A stretch of DNA of 64,000 nt from a virus (lineage: Duplodnaviria; Heunggongvirae; Uroviricota; Caudoviricetes). Below the pieces are notes generated by a model, which saw nothing but the letters and a program-made list of their open reading frames with translations, was not told where the DNA came from and did no database searches. Within the stretch, counting starts at the first letter, position 1. Each line of letters starts with the position of its first letter. The translations under genes were made by a program, and so were the position numbers. The stretch lies in IMG/VR virus record IMGVR_UViG_3300011008_000003; one strand, 5' to 3'. Below are positions 50,125 to 62,000 of this stretch, in pieces.

Positions 50125-50916
50125 TCATTTCTGTTGCTCCTTTATCTTATCATGATAAAGCCAGTAGTTAAGACTCATTTCGGCCTGTTCATACAGCATT
50201 TCGAGACCGTTCACGGCGACTTCGCAGAAACGGTTTCCCTTAGCTTTATTGACGAGAGTATCGTCCGCATAGTTGAGGTCATAATATATGAACGGGTCAG
50301 TAATCGTGCCGAATTGAATATCGATACCAGCCTTAAACGGGATAGTATTGATAATGAGGTCATAGTTTCGCGGAACGAAAGCATCTAGCGGCAAGGTTTT
50401 CCTTTCCTTGTAACTGAAATGACGTTCGACATTCTTTTCGGTTCGGTTGAAAATATCGATATTCTTGATTTTCGTACCGTATTTGCCTGAACCGTAACCG
50501 GAAACTTCGTTAATCAAGGCGATACGGTCAAGCAATGAAGGAACGACGCCGCCATATCCGAGAATAGCTGCACGCTTAATCATCTTGTTCTTCTTGACGA
50601 AAGGTTTGGCATTTTTCCAGAATGTATTATAGAAAGCCGCACCGTCAGTAGAAACACCTTCAAGAGTTCCGTCGGAGTTTATAATGACAGTGTTAATAGA
50701 ACGTTCACAGACCGGACCTTTAAGCAGTTTGATGATTTTCTGTTTATAGGGAGTAGTAACGTTAAAACCTTTATATACTCCTGAATCGACAAGAATCTTT
50801 ACAGTCTGTTCAAAATTCTCGACATCAAAAACATCGTAGTTATAACCACGAGACTCGAAAAATTCTTTCGATTTAGAATAACCGATATTATGTCCGATTA
50901 GTGCAAAATTGTACAT
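50125..50916 (-). CDS. aroE: Shikimate dehydrogenase-like protein
   Basis: LIG..I.YSKS, GFNVTTPYK, INT, TD, YDLNY, GLEMLYEQA. Confidence 0.8.
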   Translation of the reverse strand: MYNFALIGHNIGYSKSKEFFESRGYNYDVFDVENFEQTVKILVDSGVYKGFNVTTPYKQKIIKLLKGPVCERSINTVIINSDGTLEGVSTDGAAFYNTFWKNAKPFVKKNKMIKRAAILGYGGVVPSLLDRIALINEVSGYGSGKYGTKIKNIDIFNRTEKNVERHFSYKERKTLPLDAFVPRNYDLIINTIPFKAGIDIQFGTITDPFIYYDLNYADDTLVNKAKGNRFCEVAVNGLEMLYEQAEMSLNYWLYHDKIKEQQK

Positions 50917-52140
50917 AGTTACGCCAATTCATTGAGAATGCTTTCCGTTTCAATATTTTCAACAACAATTTCCGGATGTATGCCGTTATCCATAGCTTTT
51001 ATGAAACGTCCGAGAATGTATAACATGTTTGTAAAATTGGAATTGGAAAACTTTTTGTAATAGAGGTAGTCAATTGTAGATTCTGTATGAGTATTGTCAT
51101 CATAGATTGAAATTTTGAAATAATCATACGAGAAAGATAAGTTCATCGTAAAACGACTCGACTTGTGAAGACGAAATAGACGTTCTTTAACAAGTTCTTC
51201 CATAATGAACATCTTAGATTCAGTAAAAGCTTTGATTATACGTGTACGAATAAAGTTATACTGTGCATCGTCAGAAAAATTATATGCAAGCCAGTCAAGT
51301 GGATTCTCGTTTTTTGCGTCGTTACGTTTCGGAGGATTCTTGGAATAAGCCTGATAATACTTAGCCTTTGACTTTTCAAATTTTGTCTGAGTCTTAATCA
51401 TCGGATTTCTTCTTCCTACGAGTTGTTTTACGTTTTGTCGGTTTCTGAGCAGCCTTATTTGTATCAAGCAGTTCGTTCAGTTTATCTTCTGTACTAGATA
51501 CGAGATAGTCGTATTCGCTGGCGAGCTTATTGGCCTGTGCGGTTTCTTTCGACATTTTGGACTGGTAGACAATTTCTTCATGGCCTTCGCCAATCAGACC
51601 GTGCCTGTACTTGAACATATCGAGCAGTTGCCATGCCAGTTCGTATGTCGGAATCAAACTACCGCTAGCCCAAGTACCGCAATCGCTGATAGATACGAGC
51701 TTCGGCTTTGTGATAGAGTTGTATTCCAAAAATTCTTGCTGATTATACTTCAAGTTTTTCCAGCTCGGATGCCAGAGATTCCATAAAGAAGGTTCATCTT
51801 TATATTGAACAATAAACCAGTCCACACCGTGATACCTGTATGGATAGCTATATTCAGGTCTTGCTTTGGTTTTAACGATTCTAAATTCCATGTACTAAAT
51901 ATAAAAAATGGGTCGACGTTTGTCAACCCGTTTTTTTAAAGTACACATATATCACATTCTTGAATTTCGTCGTGTTCGTATTTAGCAATCCGTTCAGCCG
52001 GTAATTCTGGACCTATTCCAGCATTATAAAAAAAGTCAATTTCTTTTTCATATGACTCTGCTAAAACGTCATAATTAATGGACGTACAGTAATTAAATTC
52101 AATACACATACATCCTTTAACTTTTTCAAAATATATATCT

Positions 52141-53277
52141 CTATCCATCTAGATCCGCCTTGTCAAATGTGTGATAGTTCTTAAATAGCTTCTTGAATTC
52201 ACTTTCTCGGTCCATTTCGTCACAATGAGTGATTTCCAGGACTTGAGACGAAATACCGGGTACCTTATTAAGTTTATAGTCGTTATCGATACGATTCTTA
52301 AGCTCATTAAGGTCGAGATAACCATATTTGAAATCTCCCTGGAACTTATTACGGTGATTCATCAAATCGTCCTTAATATCGCCAGAAATTTCACTACGTT
52401 TCGTTTCGTCGAACTGACCTGCGCCGTGTCTGGTCAAATACGGCCGTGTAACATAATGAACAGTCAAGTCGTTAATGAAATACAAATCTTTAGAATCGAC
52501 TGCGCCGATACCTGTAACAGACGGCGTAGTATGTACATTATCCGGATCGTCATTCAAAAGAAGTCCTTGTCCGTTTTCGAAAATATATTCGTCGAAATCA
52601 CCAGGAACATTGACAGTAAACTTCACATGGTCAAACATGAACTTACAATCGTCGATAAAATGTTCCATCAAGCCGTCGCTCTCCCAAATTTCTCGTTCTT
52701 CCTTGGTCATTTCGAACTTAGGAGCATACCCAGCGAAAGAATCGAAATATTTGGTATTGAAGTAACTGCGGACATACTTGAGATATGTCTTCTGGTTAGT
52801 CGGAAATGTCCTTGCGAATTCTTCGAAACCGAGAATATAATTCTTGGAACAACGGAGAACTGTTTCCCAAATGCCCATACCACAAGAACCGTGTTCTTCG
52901 TGATACTTCTGACGATTCTCTTCAATAATCTGGTTAGCCAAAATATCGTACGGAGTAGTCCAGCGGCAGAACCTGTGCATGTATATTTGCGGCATAGGCA
53001 GCTTTTTGGCCAGTTCTTTGTATTCCTTGACGAACTGCATGGGATTTACAATGAAGTCCTTAGAGAAGAACGTAGACGCGCCGTAACACGTTCCAGAACC
53101 GAAGTGCTTGAACGTAAACACTTCACCGTTTTTAACGACAGTATGACCACGTTGAGGACCGCCATTGGTAAGGATATTCAGAACCTTACCGTTAGCGTTT
53201 TTCGTATAATGGGCTATGACCGTGCCTTTTCCTTCGTCGCCCCAGTTGGAACCGATAATAATTCTACCCTTCGTCAT
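52141..53277 (-). CDS. purA: Adenylosuccinate synthetase-like protein
   Basis: GSNWGDEGKG, NGG.Q.GHT, HGSCG.G, FE.GQGLLL, TTPS.TG, Y.TRHGAG. Confidence 0.75.
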   Translation of the reverse strand: MTKGRIIIGSNWGDEGKGTVIAHYTKNANGKVLNILTNGGPQRGHTVVKNGEVFTFKHFGSGTCYGASTFFSKDFIVNPMQFVKEYKELAKKLPMPQIYMHRFCRWTTPYDILANQIIEENRQKYHEEHGSCGMGIWETVLRCSKNYILGFEEFARTFPTNQKTYLKYVRSYFNTKYFDSFAGYAPKFEMTKEEREIWESDGLMEHFIDDCKFMFDHVKFTVNVPGDFDEYIFENGQGLLLNDDPDNVHTTPSVTGIGAVDSKDLYFINDLTVHYVTRPYLTRHGAGQFDETKRSEISGDIKDDLMNHRNKFQGDFKYGYLDLNELKNRIDNDYKLNKVPGISSQVLEITHCDEMDRESEFKKLFKNYHTFDKADLDG

Positions 53278-54060
53278 CGCCTTCGAGTTCTCCGATTGAT
53301 AAGATTGTTTTGATATAGTTAAATGCTGCGAAGATAATGTCTTCGTTATTGCCAAAATTGTTAAATTCTTTGCCGTTTATTATGATACATTTTGGTCTGC
53401 TACGTGAAATATAGGAAGTAAATGTTCTAAATTCAACGGCATCATTTACAATATCAAGATAACCAATAATATAAGCATGGTCGGCAATATCTGTTCGACA
53501 GTAGACCACATTATTGAAATCGTTGACAATTTCCCAAGAATCACCGAATATTTTTACATTCAAATTCAATTTTGCTAGTCCAACCAATTTTTCCTGATTG
53601 TCTGTTGCCCATTGGACTGCATCACTATGGCCAAGTTTATAAAGATTGTCATACATTTTCGTTCAAGCTCTCTAAAGATAAAACAACATCGAGATAGTTA
53701 ATGGCGATTCTGACTTTATCGGCAGAATCAGTCTTGAAAGACTTGCCTGCGATAACCATGAATTCCGGTTGATATACAAACGGATAACTGCAGTACATTC
53801 TAAAATCGCCATCTTTATTGAAATAACCGATTCTTAATTCGCCTTCATCGCGAATGGTTGCAATAACGTTATTAAAAATCTGATACTTTCTTTTAGTCTT
53901 TCCGATAGTAACAGAAATAGGATGCTTAACCCTGTTGTAGATTTCACTTTCAGTTAATCCGAAAACAGTTTTAATCTGATCCATGTAGAATTTAGTAAGA
54001 TTGATTTTAGCCATGGTTTAAATATAAGAAAAGGATTGACATTTGTCAACCCTTATTTAA

Positions 54061-54591
54061 TTAGAACTCAGCTATATGAGAATAATAATCTTTTTCTTCA
54101 GTAGACTCAGATTTATCAGATAGCCAGTTAATAGCACCAGAAGTATCAGTTCTAGTTAATTCTACTCGATTATCCGTATCTATGGTTTCTTCGGTAGGAC
54201 CTGTTGCCCAGGAAATTACATAATCGTTTTTAACCTGAGTTCCAGAATCTTCGAATAATGCCTTATACGTTTCAGCCGGTAGAGTTATAAATTTACCAGA
54301 ATCCAATTTTACGATATATTCTCCTGGATTTACATCTACGAAGTCGCCCGATACCGTTTTAAGTTTAATATACCATACCATTCGTCCCCAACGTTTACCA
54401 GGTACTCCGACTTCACGAGAATCAATCTTGTAATTATCGTCACCTAGCCATTTTACTAGCCATTTTATGAACTCAGCGTATGAATATTTATCTTCAGGAT
54501 ATTCATAAAGAACGGCCTCGACATGCGAGACCGCTTCTTTATGACGTTCAGACGTAAACCATTTTGGTTTTTGAACCGTCTTGACCATCAT
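54061..54591 (-). CDS. Hypothetical protein, paralog-like to 56236-56595
   Basis: VEA...T.SG....PGEYIVK...G.F motif. Confidence 0.5.
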   Translation of the reverse strand: MMVKTVQKPKWFTSERHKEAVSHVEAVLYEYPEDKYSYAEFIKWLVKWLGDDNYKIDSREVGVPGKRWGRMVWYIKLKTVSGDFVDVNPGEYIVKLDSGKFITLPAETYKALFEDSGTQVKNDYVISWATGPTEETIDTDNRVELTRTDTSGAINWLSDKSESTEEKDYYSHIAEF

Positions 54592-54599
54592 AGACTAAC

Positions 54600-55490
54600 C
54601 TACCAGGTAATCGTTCCGTCCGGCTTAGTCTTAGCTCCTTCGTTGAGCACGCCAGCGCCACCGTTGCGAGCTGCGATTGTTTCGCTAATGCAAGCTTCGA
54701 TAACATTCGGAAGTGCGTCAATCGATGCGACCTTAGCACGGTCACCAAGCAACTGACCGAAAGTATTTTCGATACGGTCCTTGTAGCTACGATAGCAAGT
54801 CGAATGATCATCGATAGAAATATGATAGATGTCAAACTTCTTCGATGCTTCATTGTAAAGCTTCTTCGTTTCTACGTTGCCCTGGACATGTGCTTCATCG
54901 CCAAGGAAACCTTCGACAGCGTGACGTTCGAGAACCGGATTCAACGGTTCGTCACCCATCGTAATGATAATTCCCTTCTTGCCCTGCTTGTCGAAGCAGT
55001 CAAGCTTAGTCTGCTTAAGGCCGAAAAGCCAAGCCGCAGAATAAGATTCATAGGAATTACCGCCGCCGCCGCGTTCCATGTAAATCTTGTCGATTGCTTC
55101 TGCGATACGAACGTCAGATTCAAACTGCGATGCTTGAACCGGAGCTTCGTCGCATTCCATATCGCCAATACCCATGACCATGAATTCAATATCGTCCTTC
55201 TTGTGTTCCTTCAAGAGGTTACACATGATGGTACCGAGTGCTTCAGCAGTACGCTGACAAGCAGAACCCATAGAACCGGTAACGTCAAGAGCGAGAATAA
55301 CCGGAAGAGTATTCGGATGTTCTGCACTGTTGGCGCATTCACGGATTACATTCTTAGGAGACATGGATTCATCCAAACGACGACTTGTAAAAGTCTGACC
55401 CTTGGTAACAAAACCCATGCTGTCAACACACTTACCGCGGCTAGTAGAATAGCTACGGAAAGAGCTCATATCAAAGCTACCGCCACCCAT
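54600..55490 (-). CDS. vWA domain protein
   Basis: MIDAS DVTGSM, GIGD, GGG...ESY, GDE. Confidence 0.8.
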   Translation of the reverse strand: MGGGSFDMSSFRSYSTSRGKCVDSMGFVTKGQTFTSRRLDESMSPKNVIRECANSAEHPNTLPVILALDVTGSMGSACQRTAEALGTIMCNLLKEHKKDDIEFMVMGIGDMECDEAPVQASQFESDVRIAEAIDKIYMERGGGGNSYESYSAAWLFGLKQTKLDCFDKQGKKGIIITMGDEPLNPVLERHAVEGFLGDEAHVQGNVETKKLYNEASKKFDIYHISIDDHSTCYRSYKDRIENTFGQLLGDRAKVASIDALPNVIEACISETIAARNGGAGVLNEGAKTKPDGTITW

Positions 55491-55502
55491 TGGCTTACCT
55501 CC

Positions 55503-56216
55503 TTACTTTGCCTTCTTTGCTGCTGCCTTCTTCTTTACCGGAGCCGGAGCAGTTTCTTCGCCTTCGCCTTCGCCTTCTTCATCTTCGTCGGCACCCGTAC
55601 CCCAAGAAGCATCGGTGTCGAAATCGAGATTGAACATATTGGTGAAGTCGAAACCGTTACCGTTGCCGCCGCCGAGCATTTGCTGCATCATCATCATCTG
55701 ACCGAGGCCGCCGAACATGTCGCCGCCGTTACCGTTACCGTTGCCACCCATCATGCTCTTCATGACCATGAGCTGGATAAGCTTACCCATAAGGCCCTTA
55801 CCCTTGAGACCGGCGTTACCGAAGAGGGAAACAATCTTGCCGTACCAGAAGGTGCTGCCGAGGAACACGTGACGTTCCGGAACGATTTCACGGATTTCAC
55901 TGGTTTCGTAGTCGATGCACTTGATGGACTTGTCGTCGTCGTTTACACGAAGAACGCACTTCGGCTTACCCTGAACGAGAATGACGTCGCCGACGGTGAC
56001 CTTGCTGGTCGGGAGCACGAAGAACAAGTCAGATGCTTCCATGCAGAAGTTAGTGACGTTGGTCAAACGCTTCTGCTTGACATTGTAGGACTTGTACGAA
56101 CCGTTGCTCGTACGGATTGCAATACCGCCACTCATGGAAAGTGCGCAAAGACCCTTGTCGATCTTACCGAACATACCCTTGAATGTGTTACCCATGTTGA
56201 AATCGAAATTGAACAT
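55503..56216 (-). CDS. Hypothetical protein with Met/Gly-rich C-terminus
   Basis: ORF with strong codon bias directly upstream of vWA gene. Confidence 0.7.
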   Translation of the reverse strand: MFNFDFNMGNTFKGMFGKIDKGLCALSMSGGIAIRTSNGSYKSYNVKQKRLTNVTNFCMEASDLFFVLPTSKVTVGDVILVQGKPKCVLRVNDDDKSIKCIDYETSEIREIVPERHVFLGSTFWYGKIVSLFGNAGLKGKGLMGKLIQLMVMKSMMGGNGNGNGGDMFGGLGQMMMMQQMLGGGNGNGFDFTNMFNLDFDTDASWGTGADEDEEGEGEGEETAPAPVKKKAAAKKAK

Positions 56217-56235
56217 ATTGTGTTTTCCTTTTTTG

Positions 56236-56595
56236 TTAATTGTTAATATCTTCTTTTTCCAACCAGTTAATTACCTGGAGGTTTTCATTACCCGCATCAT
56301 CTTCAGCGGGTTCATAAAGTTCATTGAATGTACTATCTGGCATGGCATAGAATTCACCGTTAATTCCCTTAACGATCCAGTCGCCTTCATAAGCGTCATG
56401 TGTGCCTGTCGATGTAGTGATTGTCATAGCTATACGCCGTGTGGCAGTATCAAAACCACAAAAATCATGATATTTTAACTCAATCTTGCCTTTACCCCAT
56501 GCAAGAATCTCGCTATCATTAAAACGCGAAATATGCATTGCTTCGACAACGATTGGTTTCTTACGATACTTTGGAATATTCATTGTTTTTTCCAT
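56236..56595 (-). CDS. Conserved phage protein
   Basis: KYRKKP.VVEA...GDWIVKG..GEFY. Confidence 0.65.
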   Translation of the reverse strand: MEKTMNIPKYRKKPIVVEAMHISRFNDSEILAWGKGKIELKYHDFCGFDTATRRIAMTITTSTGTHDAYEGDWIVKGINGEFYAMPDSTFNELYEPAEDDAGNENLQVINWLEKEDINN

Positions 56596-56685
56596 TATTC
56601 TTTTGACCTTTATAATATAGTAAAAAAGACCGCTTTTGTAAGCGGCCTAAAGTAAAAATATTTCGCAAATTTTAATTAATTTACA

Positions 56686-56763
56686 TTAACTAAAATACGA
56701 CAAAAACAAGCCGCATGACTGTGACCTGTTTGATGATGAAATGTCGTACTTAAAATTAATCAT
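56686..56763 (-). CDS. Possible Ser(UCA)-rich leader peptide MINFKYDISSSNRSQSCGLFLSYFS
   Basis: TATATAATA element, five TCA codons, GCGGCTT complementary to downstream hairpin. Confidence 0.4.
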   Translation of the reverse strand: MINFKYDISSSNRSQSCGLFLSYFS

Positions 56764-56819
56764 TCTTATTACCTGTATTATATATAACGGCAATAGGATA
56801 AAAGTTGCAAAACTAGAAA

Positions 56820-57659
56820 TTATTTTAAGTCGCCCAAAATTCTGCTGAAAACTTTGTAATTCGTATCGTCACGACCGCAATAAACAGCGAATTCGATATG
56901 CTTAAACTTATACAGATATTTTTCAGTAATGATGTCCTTATAGGCCTTGGCGACAACTTCCGGTGGATTCTTAAATGCGCCGCAGCCAAATGCGCCGAGA
57001 ATTACGGTATCGTCACCGTGATATAATGCACAGTTGAGAATCTTATCTGCACGCTTCTTATGGATTTCATAAAGCTCTTCGTCAGTAACCTTGATACCTT
57101 CACCATTTTCATGATTGTAGGCGTTAGCCGGAGTTTCTCGAAGATTCGGAGCTGCACAAGTAATAACGTCGACATGCATACGCTGGTAAAGGCCAGTATA
57201 AGAGTCAGATTTAATAATTACTACACCAGGAGTGAAGATAATGTCGTCATTATGTAACGGAGTTCCGGATCTTCTATGCGGTTCATAGAAATGTTCCTTT
57301 GCCCAGTCAGTATTCAGACATTCATAAAGGGTAGAACAACGGCATAAGCATTCTTCCTGCGCATTTGAGCCCTTATCGACGCCGCCGCCTGGATTTGTAG
57401 CAGATGCAAAATTCAAAACGGCGACTTTTGATTGACTATACTGGCGGGCGGCATTAAATGACCCGTTTTTAGTAACGACAATATCTGCTTTTCCGAAATA
57501 ACTCGGATAGTCTTCCGGTTTCATATCGAATTCCATACGAGCAGAATAAAAATTCTGGTGCGTCTTAGAATGCTTTACAAATTCCTGAAGCTGGTCGTCA
57601 TTCGCAATTTGTTTTAATGTATCTCTGAAAATTTTGATGTTTTCTTCTTTGATATTCAT
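56820..57659 (-). CDS. TIGR02452/DUF2263 bacterial-type PARG macrodomain protein
   Basis: VLNFASATNPGGG, AQEECLCR.S.L, LGAFGCGAF.N. Confidence 0.85.
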   Translation of the reverse strand: MNIKEENIKIFRDTLKQIANDDQLQEFVKHSKTHQNFYSARMEFDMKPEDYPSYFGKADIVVTKNGSFNAARQYSQSKVAVLNFASATNPGGGVDKGSNAQEECLCRCSTLYECLNTDWAKEHFYEPHRRSGTPLHNDDIIFTPGVVIIKSDSYTGLYQRMHVDVITCAAPNLRETPANAYNHENGEGIKVTDEELYEIHKKRADKILNCALYHGDDTVILGAFGCGAFKNPPEVVAKAYKDIITEKYLYKFKHIEFAVYCGRDDTNYKVFSRILGDLK

Positions 57660-60302
57660 AGTGTACTCTTCATTGTTAATAAAATTGTATATATGTCTTT
57701 CGTTGATAGTTCAACAGAAAGATGGTTGTTTATATCATGCAAACGTTCTTCGATAGTGTCCCAGAAACTTCTACACATGGCCGGATAACGACGTCGTGCT
57801 TCTTGTTTTTCTTTGACAGTATAAGAATAAAGACTTCTGTAAAAATAGTCTATATCTTCAATGTATGACTTTTTCTCACGTACTAGATAATCATATTCAT
57901 CTTTGGAATGAACTCTTATATCGACGCCGAAAAACTCGACCAGTGAATTTATTTCAGGATAGTCGTGTTCGAATAATATTTCATTAAACTCATCTAATAT
58001 CGATTTTTTCATTATCTAGCTCTGTATGACATATAATCGAGTTCTTCATCAGAAAGCTTATATGTTAAATTATTATTCATGGAATCCAATAAACGTTTAC
58101 AGTTACGTTTTGTTTGATTGGCGACATAATTCATATCGTCATAACAAGTTCCATATCCATAATCGTATTTCATATTATCCATACGAGTGCGATATTCAGT
58201 AATATAATAATTAATACGTTCTTTGGTCCAGTTAATATTTTCAATTTCTCTCTTGTTACATACTTTAATTTCGACACCGTAAAGCTTAATCTTTTCGATT
58301 ATCGGATGATCATGCTCAAACAACAGCTTATTGAAACCGTCGATAACAAAATCTAAAGTAACATCTTTTGGGTTTGTATAATCTGGTTTTTTTGGAGATA
58401 ACCAATAAGAATCTCCATTAGTATGATAATGTGCTATAGACATAATAACCTACCTGAAAACCATAGGTTTAGATGGAACAGCCTTTAAATCGCGACCATT
58501 TGTATATTTGGGTTTATATACTGCCGGTTCCGGCGCAGTTTTTTCTTCCGGCTTGTTATACGGAGTATAGATTCCGACATTTTCTAAGAAATATTCATGG
58601 ATAGATTCTTCGAAAACCAGAACCTTAGCACGAATATTTTCTTTATTGTATACTTTATTTGCATCTGAAATCACACAAAGGCGAATGCAGAAAGTAAGAG
58701 CAAACAGAATCAAGGAGCCAATTACGATACCGAACTGACAATCCCTATGCATAGAATTTGTACTTCTCATTTTAAGCTCCTTAATCCAAAAACTTGTTTA
58801 AACGACTGACTGTCGACTTTATTTTAGTAAACGATTCTTCGTTTAGTGTTTCACGTTCAGTTTTTCGGCGTTCTGCATATTTCCATGGGAATGTAAACAG
58901 CCATACGAAAAATTCAGTGAATATGAAAAAACTGTAATAATATTTCGGTGAATTTTCAGTCGCAATAAGGGAAATAAGTCCCATTACAAAGAAATATATA
59001 CAGAGAACTAATACAAGATCAAAAATATGACTGTACCATGGTCTCATGTATTTCAGCATTACATCTTTTTGTAGATAATAATGCTTATAGACGGTTTCAT
59101 ATCTATATTCGCTAAGATGATACTTTTCATATGCAATCGATTTCAAAGCATCCTGATCATCGCTACAATCGCAGAAAGGTTTTGTACTTTCCAGTTTTTC
59201 ATAGTCACGTGTTTCAAACTTTATGCCGATAAGATTTAAAATACAGAAAATTATCGATACGACGATAATAATCTCTGAAATTAAATACCGACCAATTGAT
59301 TTTTCCTTGGTTGCCATTTTTTACTCCTAATTTTTCAAAAATTTATTATACTGTTTGATTGTCGATTCCGTATTTTCAGTCTTGACTTTCTTCGGTTCAG
59401 TCGCCTTAAGAATTACATTATCGATAGAGTCAATAATAAAATTGACAAACAACACGACACATGTAATCGCGATACAGATCCATCCGCCGATGGAAACAAG
59501 ATAAAACAGCCACATATGAAATGTGAACAGACGTCTTTTCTCATGATGCTTCTGATATTTATAATTTGCTCGTCCAGCCGCCAATCCGAATATTGAAGAT
59601 ATGATTGCCGAAACAAGCATAGCTTTATAAATCCACGGGAAATTGATTGTAAGATATGAAAGACAATCTATTGGAGTAGCAAAGATTGAACCGAGAGAAA
59701 TGAAATATAATATAATCATTCCGACAATAGAAAAGATCATACATACCATCGGCCATATTTGCGAATACGATGAACATAGACATTCTTCGTCGGCCCAGTT
59801 ACCAGAAGTTAAATGTTCAGAAGCATCTTTAAAGAATTCAATCATGGCTGTTCTCCGTTTGCAAACTTTTCAAGAAGTTCCAATGCCTTATCGTCTTCAA
59901 TAAAGAAAGGATCCTTACGGCCATTAAATTCCCATAAATTGTACATAAGCTGGCCAAAACGCATATCCGGGAACTGCGTCATGTGAATAGCACGAAGCTT
60001 GTCATAAAATTCATAGAGACGATTTGGATTTCTCATGTTGTTTCCTTATGGTTTGCTTTGATTTGTTCTTTAAGCTTGTTAATGACGATAATCATATTGT
60101 CGGAATTGACTGGAGCTTTAAGCTTTATTAAAATTTCTTCAGCTAATTCGGTAATATAAGCGTCGTCTGCTCCCTCAGCTTTAGATACAAGACTGGACCA
60201 AACTTGAGCTAAGTCATTCAATCCTTTTGTATTATATTCTGCGGGTATTTTAATCATTACATTCACAATATAGAAAAAATGGTCGCTTTTGTAAGCGGCC
60301 AT
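57656..60302 (-). other. Seven hypothetical genes (paralog pair 57656/58012, membrane proteins, small MRxPxR family protein at 59842-60036)
   Basis: Packed ORFs; shared FN..LFEHD.P.I motif in the pair. Confidence 0.55.
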
Positions 60303-60309
60303 TCATCAA

Positions 60310-60846
60310 TTATTTACCATAGTCAATAATTTTTGCATTATTGTCAGGAGTCAGTCCCCATTGATTTGGGCGTAATATTTCTTTACGATTTAATCCAGAT
60401 TTTCTAAAAAATTCATTTGCATTTGTAATCAAATCTTTTGTATGTTGTTTGCATTTTTTTGGAATTATAAGTTTTTTATTATCAACTATTAAAAATGCTT
60501 TAAAATAGCTAAATGAAATCCAATAAATCTTTGCAAAAGCTTCAGCAGTTAAGGGGGTTAAATATTCAGCACTAATACAATAACCGTTATTAAATATATC
60601 AAGTGTTACATTTATTACTGGATAAGTTTTAAATTCTTGATATTTTGTATATTCTTTACAATTCTGTTGAAACCCAAAATCATTTTTTGCGACTTTTAAA
60701 ACCAATTCATCATTAATTTTAAAAACTATTCTACCAGAACCTTCACCGGATATATTATAACCTAATTTTAAGATTTCAGTTTTAACAGTTTCATAATCAT
60801 TAAAATCTTTATAACCGTTGATTATTTCTAATAATTTTTCATCCAT
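60310..60846 (-). CDS. Minimal protein-kinase-like protein
   Basis: GEGSGR.V, VLKVA, QN..E, N.G, IIDYG. Confidence 0.55.
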   Translation of the reverse strand: MDEKLLEIINGYKDFNDYETVKTEILKLGYNISGEGSGRIVFKINDELVLKVAKNDFGFQQNCKEYTKYQEFKTYPVINVTLDIFNNGYCISAEYLTPLTAEAFAKIYWISFSYFKAFLIVDNKKLIIPKKCKQHTKDLITNANEFFRKSGLNRKEILRPNQWGLTPDNNAKIIDYGK

Positions 60847-60891
60847 AAAATATTTATGGAAATAGCTGCTTATAAAAGCAGCTACTTTAAA

Positions 60892-61943
60892 TTACTTGTC
60901 CAATAGCGAATCAAGTTCTTTATGAATGTCAGGCTTGGGTTTTTGCTCGGGTCGACGTCTATCAAGTATATCTGTAAATTTCTTGAACCATGTCGGACCG
61001 TTCTTACATATGGAACACAGAATGTCAAGTACAAGAATCGGTGAATATACGGCAAAAGAAAAACCGCAGAAACAACATACAAACGATGTAAATCCGAAAA
61101 TTCTACATGAGATATAGTCGTCTCGCAGCCAGGCAGAATAAGTTCTCCACATGCAGATGTCGCCGATAGCGGCCGATATTGCGAACCAATACCAATATGC
61201 CGAGAATATGCTATGGATTAACATAGCCCCGGCATTATGCGGTCTATCTGGATGGGAAGATACACCGTCTGTTACCGCAGAACATACGATGAAGAATACG
61301 ATTTGGAATATGATTGCGGCCATAGCAAAGCCGACATTATAATCGTCTCTGAAGAACTGGTCGATTTCTTTTTTAGGCATGAATAACATAGTATTGTTTC
61401 CTTTGGTTATTAGTAATATCTCTTTTTGTTTTTCAACAAATCGTCATAGCACTTGATAGTGCTCTTGCTGGACGGTTTATTTTTCGGCTTTGGATCAGTG
61501 TTGACCCATTTGATAAACTTACGAAAGATTGCCAGAATGATAGTATAAAGTCCAAAACACATATCAAGAAAAAGAATCGGAATATATACGACAAATAAAA
61601 CACCGAGAGTGCTAAATATAGCGCTTAACAGACCGTAGAACCTAACGGCGTCATAATTTCGTTTATCATGACCATTACCTGCTTTATACATACAAATATC
61701 GCCGATTATAAACGACGCCAAGAAATAAGGCCAATACTGTGCGAAATATACCGTGTATGTATAAAGCCACGGAATATTAGACGGTTTACCGTGCAGATAG
61801 TCCATATAAAACATAAGACTTAATGCGCCGGTTACGAATTGAAAGGCAATTATTCCGAGAACATAATTGCTATGCTTATGATAATCGTAAAATTCGTCAA
61901 TCCATTGTCTTGAAAGAATCATATTGTCTCCTTGGTTTATCAT
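60892..61943 (-). other. Two paralogous membrane proteins
   Basis: Shared IDxF, IIxFQ, IGDICM, VYxPILxLD. Confidence 0.6.
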
Positions 61944-62000
61944 AATATAGCAAAAAAGACCGCTTTTGTAAGCGGCCTTTTTGAAAGGTAAATGTTGTAT

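Noticed and set aside
52141-53277. PurZ (Z-genome) gene
   Set aside because: The N-terminal motif is GDEGKG with the PurA catalytic Asp retained; PurZ replaces it. No partner dATPase was recognised.
54804-56246. Long plus-strand ORFs (also 52225-53313, 61992-63281, 46750-47499, 42528-43289)
   Set aside because: They are antisense shadows of codon-biased minus-strand genes that carry clear family motifs.
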